Shown here: positions 53,786 through 64,000 of the stretch, piece after piece
Layout: every line of letters starts with the position of its first letter
Numbering within the stretch: position 1 is the first letter of the stretch
DNA from: Mytilus trossulus
Taxonomy: Eukaryota
Length of the DNA stretch: 64,000 bases
Direction of reading: 5' to 3'
Assembly (NCBI RefSeq): GCF_036588685.1
Contig: NC_086373.1
Span: 51,522,001 to 51,586,000, forward strand
Position numbers and translations under genes: made by a program
Notes under the pieces: generated by a model
Database searches by the model: none
The model's input: only the letters and a program-made list of their open reading frames with translations
Told to the model about the DNA's origin: nothing

Positions 53786-55379
53786 ATGCCTGGACCTTGT
53801 AACTGCATTGAAAGTTAGTAACTTACATGTATAAAATAGAAACTCTAATCTGAACTATAATGTGTGATGATAATTTTAAACAAATTTGATGTACATTGTG
53901 ACTGCACATGTCTAAAAAATTGTTTAAGTGTGCATTAAGGTTATTATAAATATATCAAACATTCTCCTCAAATTGATGTATAAGTTAAACGTTAAAAGAG
54001 TAATCACTAACATGTCTTCTTTTACTTTATGTGTAGCAAACGTGTGTATCTGTGGCACAGGATGCAGCGGGAAATGTTGTCAATGTGGAGACGCATGTAA
54101 ATGTGCAAGTGGATGCGGATGTTCCGAATGTCAAGTTGTTTGCAGATGTCCAGGTTTGTTCATATTTATAGAATTTAGAAAAGAACTTGAAAGATCATTT
54201 CAGTTTTAACAAACTCATGATTTCTTTCTCTGTGTAAGAACTTCTAAAGCCATGCATCCTAACCTGCCCTTATACTTTTCTATAGTTTGCGCATTGAACC
54301 TGGATCCCAAGCTAAGTACATGTTACTGGTTAAGATTGCACATGTATAAAACAATTATAAAAACAATGAAAGATTGGATGACTCATTTTGCAGGAGATTA
54401 TATTTTTTTGTTATATGAATATGAAAAAAAAGTTTTTCGTGTTCCTGTTTACATAATTGGAAATGAATAATAAAAAAAAATATATTTAGTTTCGTGTGAC
54501 AAAAGAATGAAGATAAAACCATCTCCCGACAAAGTATTTACCTGTTTTATTTTTCATGTAATATAAACCTTTTTGATGTACAGGGAATATTGGCAATATG
54601 GAGCTTCTTAGAAACATAGATTCAATTGACTGAGGCATAGTCGATACCAGCTGAATTTTGTTACTAGTATACTATTTATTTTGCTCTTTGTCATATAGGG
54701 AAAACGGTACTATTTATTCTGCCATAGGCGACAATACTAACATTTTCTAAGTTTACAGTTTTTATAATAAAAACCTGGATACAACAGTTATGTATGGTGT
54801 TAGTACTTTATTACTGTATTCTAAAAATCGAAGCCAAATAGTATCATGACCAATTTTCAACGGAGCTTGTTTATGTTATCCATGCCCACCGTTATTTTGG
54901 AAGCCTTTTCGAATAATTCTTTAGAAAATATTTCTATAGGTTATAACATTTATATTGTAAATTTACAAACTGCAGGTATTCATAAATAAATTAAAAAAAA
55001 TGTATTGTACCCTTACATCCGATCACAGCGCTCCTAAGTTGACTTCCTTCACCTGCCTTGGGTACACAAAAGGCCAACCTAATGCTTGGAAAATGTAATA
55101 CTACCGTTTTCCCGATAGTCTATTACGTTCGTAATTTTTCATGTATTCTTAGTACGAAATATTTTAGCTTTTAGCATTTATAATGAATATAAATAAAGAA
55201 AAGCGATTTTGATAATTTCAATTCATAAATAGTTTTTTTTCATCTTATAAAACATTTGCACATTATATTGAAACGTCTATTTAATTAGTGTTTATTATAT
55301 TTCAGGTACATGTGCATGTGGATGTGACTGCACTGGTCCGACCAACTGCAAATGTGAATCTGGGTGCTCCTGCAAGTGA
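53786..55379 (+). CDS. MT20: Metallothionein MT20-type, gene 5 (72 aa, 23 Cys)
   Basis: Exons 53786-53813, 54037-54153, 55306-55379. [72 protein letters not shown]. Confidence 0.95.
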
Positions 55380-56504
55380 CATAAAGACAATCACATCACG
55401 ATCAATATAGTCATACTTGTAACTCATATCATTCATAAAAGAATTCGTGATGTTCACTGATATCAAATAAAATAACTTTTAATTATCTTTTTGTTGATAA
55501 ATATTTATTCCAATTTACATATATACTTAATCATTAGCACATTTAGGAACTAATTGACACTAACGGTAGACATTTGCATATTGTCGAAATATGTTTCCTA
55601 AATGCTACAGTATTAGGTCTTACATTTCTTATTTAACTTATCAACATAATCATTGTGCTTGATCCGCTGAATTTCTTATACCAAAAAGGTTTGCTGGAGA
55701 TATTGTCATCGTTTGATTTCTTTGAGTCGGAGGTAAAACACTTGGTAAAATTATTTGTAAGTTAGGTTGTTCGGGTTGCATGCTGGAAGAATGTCATGAA
55801 CTGAACATTGAGGAAACCATGCATCAAATCTTTAAGGAGTACATTTCTAGTGTCAATCATTATCTGGCCGACCTGCATTACGGAATTCATAATTGCACTT
55901 GAGTATTTGTTCTCGTCAGGATGAAATAGTTGCTGTTGTAAGTAAAGCAGACTACTTCTGTAATCAGATCTAGATCTACCCGACATAGACTAAAATATAA
56001 TGTTAATTTGGTAAGATACGAAAGTATGCGACATTCTAACATGACGTCCTTCTAACGCTTTGAGTACACACCCGTGGTAAAATATGAATATATTGTAAGC
56101 GCTGTTCCGATTGTTTTCCCACGTCATATGTTTTTTTTATGAATAAGCTACTCGACGTCATAGAACAATGACGTCAGAATATAAGCAACTTACGGGAAAA
56201 TACACGCTTGTGAAACGGAAAATCATCACAACAAGGAAACGTAAACAAATGATGCTAAAATGAGTTATATTAGCCATTTTTGTATACATATGAGACATAT
56301 AAGTACAATTATGATTAGATTCATCTAAAATTATCTAAACATGTTATTATAAATAGTTTAAGCATCATTATTTATCCAGTTTGCTCCGTTATTTTACGTC
56401 AATTTAGTAGTGCGTTTATTTATTGGAACGACAAAAAATGCCATCACCTAGAGCGCTTTGATCCAAAAGAATTGCCGTATTTGTCCTATTAGAATCGATA
56501 TAAC

Positions 56505-56647
56505 TCATGGGAGCTTGAATATATCTAGATTTTACCACGGGTTGTCACTTTATGCCGATATTTTACCCGTCGCTATCGCTCAGGGTAAAATATTTGTCAT
56601 AAAGGGCAAACCCGTGGTAAAATCACGATATATTCAAGCCCCCATGA
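56505..56647. repeat. Long imperfect palindrome (~65-bp stem), probable end of a non-autonomous element
   Basis: TCATGGGAGCTTGAATATATC...TATTTTACCC pairs with GGGTAAAATA...GATATATTCAAGCCCCCATGA around a 14-nt loop; an internal copy of CCCGTGGTAAAAT lies at ~56070. Confidence 0.8.
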
Positions 56648-57759
56648 ATTATTTCTTAATTATACCATGAGCCTTTGAAGATATCTCTAGTTTAACAATA
56701 GACTGCGGCCTTTTGGTCATATATTTTTCACCAGAACATCTTCTCAAAGTTAGTTTCATGTATATTCCTATTTATCTGCGTTGGAAAATAATGTAAGTTT
56801 GCCTTCACCTTCATACTTTGTTTACATTTTGACGATTTGATAAAATGTGTTTATCAAACGATGGAAGGGAATAAGAGTGGTACCCCCTCTAGCACCCTTT
56901 AAGACGTCACTGAATAAAGTATTTATTTTCATAATGTACTATTGATGGAATTGACTAGGACATTTATAATGACTGAGCCGTAGCCAAGGTCACTTTTGCT
57001 GTCACAGGCAATACCGATGGACATTTTATTTTAGAGAATACAGAATATCATTGTTATCCAAGAAGAGAAGCTTATTCTTAACCGATATGAAATAATGGAC
57101 ATGCACTGTAACTACATAATAGTACTTAATTGAAAAACTGGACACTATCGTAATTACCTCATAAATAAGAGAAAAGAGCCTCTATTTTCCAACTTATTAC
57201 GCCTTATTCAAACTCATCATTCAACAAAAAATCAAGAACAAAAAATACCTGTTTTCTAAATCATCTTTGGAGGTTAGAACTTTTGGTATAAATGGGCGAG
57301 TGTTTAAAGGGAGGGATGAAATTGTTCTGTTTACGCCCCAACCAAGTGTCACCATTAACAGTATGTACGTACGGACGTCCCAACATTGGTTTCCACATAC
57401 TAACTTTAGTTTAAAAATCATTTACATAATGCTTCTATATTTATAACCACAGAACAACTTTGAATGTGATCTAGCGTCACTTTTAACTCTTCAGAATTAT
57501 GCTTTTTTACAAATGGTAAATAGTTGAACAATATCAGTACCAATAGAGAGATAACGACTGTGTGTTGTCAGCGTGTTAGGTATTTGTTGTCCTTTTTTAA
57601 ATGTCATCGTGACAAAGTTTAACATTGCTGACTTATTCCTAAATATGTATGGAAACTTACCGGAAACTATGAATTTATATTGGTGTAGTTTCAAAAGACA
57701 GTTAATCATTCAAACGTTAAATTTCGAATAAAAAATACCAGCACTGTATGAGAGGGGCT

Positions 57760-58265
57760 TACGATACCAGAGGGACAGTTAAACTCATTAATCAAAATAA
57801 ATTGACAACGCCATGGCTAAAAAATAAAAAGACAAACAGATAAATAATAGTAAACAAGACAAAACATAGAAAACTAAAGACTAAGAGACACGAACGTCAC
57901 CAAAAACTGGGTGTGAGCTCAGGTGCTCCGAAAGAGTAACCTACTTCACATGTGGCAGCCCGGCCTCTGGTTGCTGATGTTATTACAAACCTGGTAAAAT
58001 TGTCTAATTCGGGAGGTCACATTCGTGGTGAAAAGAGAAGTTGTTTGTAGTTACATAAGGAACATATCCGATTTCATCCTTGAAACGGTTATTCAATAAC
58101 GGTCATCCAACTCGTGATGTCGTCCATAGAATTAACGAAAGTATGATTTCAACTTCACCATTGAAACTCTTGTTTAATAGCTTCCTTGTGAGTAGCAACC
58201 TCTATCAAAGAAATAATAATTGAAAATAAAAGCCCGGGGACTATCGTATTAATTGTGGAATACAT
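57760..58265 (-). mobile_element. 5'-truncated Penelope-like retroelement remnant (RT C-terminus + 3' region)
   Basis: Minus-strand relic resembling (Y)I.QLIR.SRA...FLDRG..LTRKLL...VKLKS..R.FYGRHHEL.DRY. The non-coding part (GATACCAGAG...CGCCATGGCTAAAAAA) recurs downstream of MT genes 1-3 (~15790, ~31640, ~37805). Confidence 0.55.
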
Positions 58266-58640
58266 GTTGTATATAATCCGTAAATTATGTTTCGGATTGT
58301 CTAGAAGATGTGGGCAGAGTTTTTTGGAAAATGGTTTAATTTGTTCTTTTCAAAATATAATAATGAGATTGACCTGTAGTTTTCGAAAACCAATTTAACA
58401 TTATAGATAACCAGGGTCTTGCAAAAATCACATTTTAAACTCTAATGAATAAATTAATAGTTTTTCCCTACACTACAAAACAATGTGGATCATTACACTG
58501 ATTTTTTTGTCAAAAAGAGGTATTGTAGTCATTATTGTGTTTTAATCTATATTACTATAAAACAAAAAACTATGCCAACAGTTTAAAAACAAAATGGCAT
58601 ATAGACAAGGTAAATTAGCATAATTGAAAGACAAGAATAA

Positions 58641-60428
58641 AAACTAGAGGCTCTAAAGAGCCTGTGTCGCTCACCTTGGTCTATGTGAATATTCAACAAA
58701 GGACACAGATGGATTCATGACAAAATTGTGTTTTGGTGATGGTGATGTGTTTGTAGATCTTACTTTACTAAACATTTTTGCTGTGTACAACTATCCCTTT
58801 CTATAATAATTGGCCCAGTAGTTTCAGTGGAAAATGTTAGTAAAAATTTTATGAAAATTGTTAAAAATTTACTATAAAGGGCAATAACTCCTTATGGGGT
58901 CAACTGACCATTTTGGTTATGTTGACTTATTTTAAGGTCTTACTTTGCTGTAAATTATCGCTGTTTTCAGTTTATCTCTATCTATAATATTATTCAAGAT
59001 AATAACCAAAAACAGTAAAATTTCCTTAAAATTACCAATTCAGGGGCAGCAACCAAACAAAGGGTTGTTCGATTCATCTGAAAAGTGCAGGGCAGATAGA
59101 TCTTGACCTGATAAACAATATCAACACCCATCAGATTTGCTCTTAATGCTTTGGTTTTTAAGTTATAAGCCTAAACTGCATTTCACCCCTATGTTCTACT
59201 TTTAGCCATGGCGGCCATCTTGGTTAGTTGGCCGGGTCACCAGACACAATTTTCAAACTAGATACCCAAATGATGATTATGGCCAAGTTTGATTTGATTT
59301 GGCCTAGTAGTTTCAGAGAGTAAGATTTTTGTAAAAGATAACGAAGATTTACAAAAAATGGTTAAAAATTGACTATGAAGGACAATAACTCCTAAAGAGA
59401 TGAACTGACCATTTTGATCCTGTTGAATTATTTGTAAATCTTACTGAGCTGAACATTTTTGCGTTTTACAGTTTATCTCTATCTATAATAATATTCAAGA
59501 TAAAAACAAAAAACAGCAAAATTTCATTAAAATTACCAATTAAGGGGCAGCAACCCAACAAAGGGTAGTCGGATTCATCTGAAAAATTCAGGGCAGATAG
59601 ATCTTGACCTGATGAACAATATCAACGTCAATCAGATTTGCTCCAAATGTTTTGGTTTTTGAGTTATAAGCCAAAAACTGCATTTCACCCTATTTTCTAT
59701 TTTTAGCCATGGCGGCCATCTTGGTTGGTTAGCCGGGTCACCGGACAAAATTGTAAAACTAGATATCCCAATAATGATTGTGGCCAAGTTTGACTTTATC
59801 TGGCTCTGTAGTTTCAGAGAAGATTTTTGTAAAAGATAACTAAGATTTACGAAAAATAGTTAAAAATTGACTATAAAGGGCAATAACTCCTATAGGGGTC
59901 AACTGACCATTTTGGTCCTGTTGACCTATTTGTAAATCTTACTTTGCTGAACATTCTGGCAGTTTACAGTTGATCTCTATCTATTATAATATTCAAGATG
60001 ATAACCAAAAACAGCAAAATTTCCTTAAAATTACCAATTCAGGGGCAGCAACCTAGCAACCAGTTGTCGAATTCCTCTGAAAATTCAGATAGATTTTGAC
60101 CTTGTTAACAATTTTACCCCATGTCAGATTTGCTCTAAATGCTTTGGTTTTTGAGTTATAAGCCAAAAACTGCATTTTACCTCTATGTTCTATTTTTAGC
60201 CATGGTGGCCATCTTGGTTGGTTGGCCGGGTCACCGGACACAATTTTTAAACTAGATACCCCAATGATGATTGTGGCCAAGTTTGATTTTATTTGTCCCA
60301 GTAGTTTCAGGGGAGAAGATTTTTGTAAAAGTTCACGACGACAGACGACAGACGACGGACGACGACGGACGACGGACGCCAAGTGATGAGAAAAGCTCAC
60401 TTGGCCCTTCGGGCCAGGTTAGCTAAAA
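58641..60428 (-). mobile_element. Helentron/HINE-like non-autonomous element with three ~500-bp tandem units
   Basis: Ends AAACTAGAGGCTCTAAAGAGCC and CTTGGCCCTTCGGGCCAGGTTAGCTAAAA; GACGAC microsatellite at 60336-60378; the repeat anchor GGGGCAGCAACC occurs at 59043, 59544 and 60042. Confidence 0.8.
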
Positions 60429-61286
60429 AAGAAATACTGAAAACAATATGTTAGCGGGATGCATTAGTACCCAGGCACGACAAAAGGAAATTAACAAAAA
60501 AATATAAAACAGTAAAGGATAAAAAAGATAAATAAAAGAACACTATAACACATAATTATGATGATAGACAATTGCAGTACCTATAATCTATATTTCAAGG
60601 CCACCACGTATTCTTTGTAAAATTGATCCGTAATAATTATCATCAAGGTATGGGTGACTTCTGATGAACTTTAAAAATGGACGAGACGCTATGATCAAAT
60701 TAAAATATAACAACTTCTAAATATAAAAAAATGTTCATTTCGCCAGAAAAGTCATATATAAGAATTAATTACTTTAATCAGTAATATTTTCGAATTGTTC
60801 ATGTTATATATTAGAACCAACTTCGTATTATAACATTTTACCTTAAAATATAGTATAAGTCGGAAAGTCAATATCATATCTTCCCGTTAACGTTTTTTTT
60901 CTCGAAAAAGTATGAAATGTTCTTAAGAATCAAAATATTAGAACTCTAATATACAGAAAAAAGGTGGCATGTCCATATCGCTTGTATAGTCATTTTGACT
61001 TTTTTTTTTTAATTTAATCAGTAATTTTCCGTAATATTTTTTTTTGTTTGAGATATTAAACTTATCTAATGATTTAAACATTAAACTTTTAACTATAGGT
61101 TTAGTCATGCATAGGGTCAATATCAATTCCAAAAAAAGATATGTTGACCCGAATTTAAAATTACAACGTTTGCTATGTCAGTGTAGGATGGTTATTTTTA
61201 TCTTTACACGTATTAAATGTAATTGTGACATAGGTTTACATATCTAATTATTAAACATGTTTTGGAACGTGACATAATATCTATCT

Positions 61287-61658
61287 GTGTGCAAAACAAC
61301 TGTGTGCAAAACATCATCTGACATAAAGCGTGTGCAAAAATCCATATCAATCTAATTACTATGTTATTACGCAGTAACGTATTGATTTTATCATGAGGCC
61401 ATCGAGAAGGGTCAGTATATTGTTCGACATACGTACACTCTGGTTATACAAATTATGTAGTGATACCACAGAAATAAGTACAAATAAAATTTAGAATGAT
61501 GAAAATTAATTATACATTATTTTCTGATTTTAACCATGTCTTCATTAAGTTAAGCGAAACTGAATATTTAAATAATGACATATGGCATACTATTCACTAT
61601 GTCGGACCTCAGATAACATAGATTTTGCACACGAAACTTTCGCAAATGGTTATATAAA
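61287..61658 (+). promoter_or_regulatory. MT gene 6 promoter: 4 MREs + TATA
   Basis: TGCACAC at 61287(-), 61302(-), 61330(-), 61626(+); TATATAAA at 61651. Confidence 0.88.
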
Positions 61659-61729
61659 AATCGGCATATTACTAAACAACAACTTTTCTATTTTATAGCA
61701 CATTAAGCAGACCAATTTAAACGAACAAA

Positions 61730-63188
61730 ATGCCTGGACCTTGTAATTGCATTGAAAGTAAGTAGCTAACATATATCTTAACTTTTAATTGGAAATCTAA
61801 CTTGAAATATAATGTGATTGATTATTGAACATAAATGTTATGTATATTAAAAAAATTTGATAAGTGCATTTGAAAAACAAAAATGAAAAACAGAGGTCAT
61901 AATATAAATGTACATTCGACTTCTTACTTTGAGAACCTCCCGCTTCATCTACTAATTACTGCTATGCAACTTTTAATTTTTTTGGGGGTGACCAGAAATA
62001 TTAGTAGCTTTTGCGGATTAAATATTCATTTTCATGTGTTGCTTCGCACGCAATTTTTCTTGCAGCCTTACCGAGGCAAATTATTCATTTTTAAAAATCT
62101 TTTGTCCCCTTCCGTTGATCAAATGATCGCTGTCCTACCTTGATGTCGTTGATGGTAGGCGTGCAGAACATGTAATTATACCCTTGAATAGTAAGGTAAA
62201 CTGACTGGTAAAAATTTTCAAATGTTTTCCATTTATGGTGTATTCATTATTATTCGTTGGATACCAATTTAAATGGATTTGGTGGGTACAGGTAAATTAC
62301 GAAATTAAATGTTCAACAAATGACAAACTTTGTACAGGCTTGTTTGCATACATCGGCAGTACTACGAAATTAAGTGTTCACGAACATGCTAGTTTTCCTT
62401 TAACCATGAAAATTGGTTTCCACAAAAAAAGTACAATATATAATACAGGTGAAAGTTAAAAGATTGAGTGTGAGTCAATTGAAATCACTAATAGAGTTTT
62501 TTTACTTTATGTGTAGCAAACGTGTGTATCTGTGGTACTGGATGCAGCGGGAAATGTTGTCAATGTGGAGACGCCTGTAAATGTGCCAGTGGCTGTGGAT
62601 GTTCCGGATGTAAAGTTGTTTGCAGATGTCCTGGTTTGTTCATTTTTACAGTCCACATTTTTAAATATTCATTTTATTTAGATAATTTTAATTTTAACCA
62701 ACGTTTTTTTTTTCATTCTCAGTAACTGCTTTAAATTGGATATGTGTAGAAAGTAAAAAAAATGATGATAAACTGAAACATTTCCCGTGTTATCGTTTTA
62801 TTTAGTGCATGTTTGCTTGTGTCTGGACCTTTATTTCAGTTTGGAAATCGTCATATTACAAAATCCTACTCTATTAACTAACGAACCTGTAAAGGAAAAA
62901 ATTACAATTTTACTAATATCAAAAAACAATTTTCAGAAAGGAAGTTGAAAATGTTTTTTTTGTACATGCTTCTGTTTATATATGAATCTTTTATAATTAT
63001 AAAAATACATCGATCCATCGCTCTTGATAACATCAATCATTGATTTCTTCAATAAAACATATACACATTATATTGAAATGCCTTTTCAAATGATTTTTTT
63101 AAATTATATTTTAGGAACCTGTGCGTGTGGATGTGACTGTACTGGTCCGACAAACTGCAAATGTGAATCTGGGTGCTCCTGCAAGTGA
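61730..63188 (+). CDS. MT20: Metallothionein MT20-type, gene 6 (72 aa, 23 Cys)
   Basis: Exons 61730-61757, 62517-62633, 63115-63188. [72 protein letters not shown]. Confidence 0.95.
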
Positions 63189-63313
63189 CATAAAACCAAT
63201 TACATCACGATCAATATAGACATACTTGTAACTCATATCATTCATAAAAGATTGCGTGATGTTCATTGATATCAAATAAACAAATTTTTAATAATCCTTT
63301 TGGTTAATAAATA

Positions 63314-63754
63314 GAATCATATTCAAAACAGTGTGGTCCTGGCCATCGATTGACGACCTAAATTATCCCATTGACTGGGACAGATTAGGTGAACGTTTTT
63401 CTGTAACGACCATTGCTCACTTCTTACTAATTATAGAATTTAAACTGTGGGGTCACCAAAGGTTCTTAACGCCTTTAATAATAAAATTATTCGAAAAATT
63501 ATTCAGGAATAGCCTTTATGTTTTGATTAATATTATTGATATAAATCAACACATCGTATTATTCCGGATTCGTTTTTCGAATTGCTTTATTTAGGTGTTG
63601 AGAACCTTTGGTGACCCCACAGATTCAGTGTCTTTAACAAGTACATAGTGAGCAGTGATTGTTACCGACAAACGTTCACCTAATCTGTTCCAGTCAAAGG
63701 GATAATTTAGGTCGTCAATCAAAGGCCAGGACCACACTGTTTTGAATATGATTC
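63314..63754. mobile_element. 441-bp fold-back MITE flanked by TA (Tc1/mariner-like) in the 3' region of MT gene 6
   Basis: GAATCATATTCAAAACAGTGTGGTCCTGGCC... / ...GGCCAGGACCACACTGTTTTGAATATGATTC; the imperfect IR extends ~150 bp; TA at 63312-63313 and 63755-63756. Confidence 0.85.
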
Positions 63755-64000
63755 TATATATTCATATTAACATAAAATTAAGAATGAAAATGGGGAATGT
63801 GATAACTGAGACAAAAAACCAACTAAAGTGCAGAAAACAACTTAAGACCACAAATGGGTCTTCAATACAGCTATAAAATCCTGCACCCGAGGGACTCTTT
63901 CAGCTGGCCTTTAACAAAAATGTGTACTAGTTTAGTGATAATGGACGTCATTCTAGATCCAAATATATAAATGAACTAAAATTAAAAATCATGCAAGACT

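Noticed and set aside
60053-60400. 115-aa ORF (and related 23592-23804)
   Set aside because: Falls within the microsatellite and repeat unit of the HINE-like element; the frame is not preserved between units.
1-64000. CRISPR arrays, tRNA/rRNA genes, prokaryotic operons
   Set aside because: No repeat-spacer arrays or recognisable structural RNA genes were seen; the genes have spliceosomal introns and the DNA is metazoan.

Overview
Eukaryotic, AT-rich, intron-containing DNA, almost certainly from a mytilid mussel (inferred from the metallothionein sequences). The backbone is a tandem array of six complete three-exon MT20-type metallothionein genes on the + strand (ATGs at 13124, 28905, 35106, 46785, 53786, 61730). 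All encode 23 Cys, and each has a TATA box and 3-5 TGCACAC metal-response elements. They form two subgroups: [10 protein letters not shown]...CSCN (Asn-rich, genes 1-3, two of them with a 2-aa insertion) and [10 protein letters not shown]...CSCK (Lys-rich, genes 4-6). The array is heavily invaded by mobile DNA. (i) An 11.35-kb element (860-12208) with 16-bp TIRs and a perfect 9-bp TSD carries a spliced DDE-type transposase gene and a convergent, intact RecQ-like helicase gene (AcademH-type), and sits directly against the MRE cluster of MT gene 1. (ii) A ~9-kb decayed Sola3-like element is flanked by a ~778-bp direct duplication instead of a normal TSD. (iii) A 4.75-kb decayed AcademX-type element (transposase, XPG-like nuclease, Cys-rich tail) has a 3-bp TSD. 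(iv) There are also Helentron-type non-autonomous elements, MITEs, long-hairpin elements, Penelope-like remnants and hammerhead-ribozyme insertions, one in sense orientation inside an MT intron. All calls were read by eye; no alignments or database searches were run.
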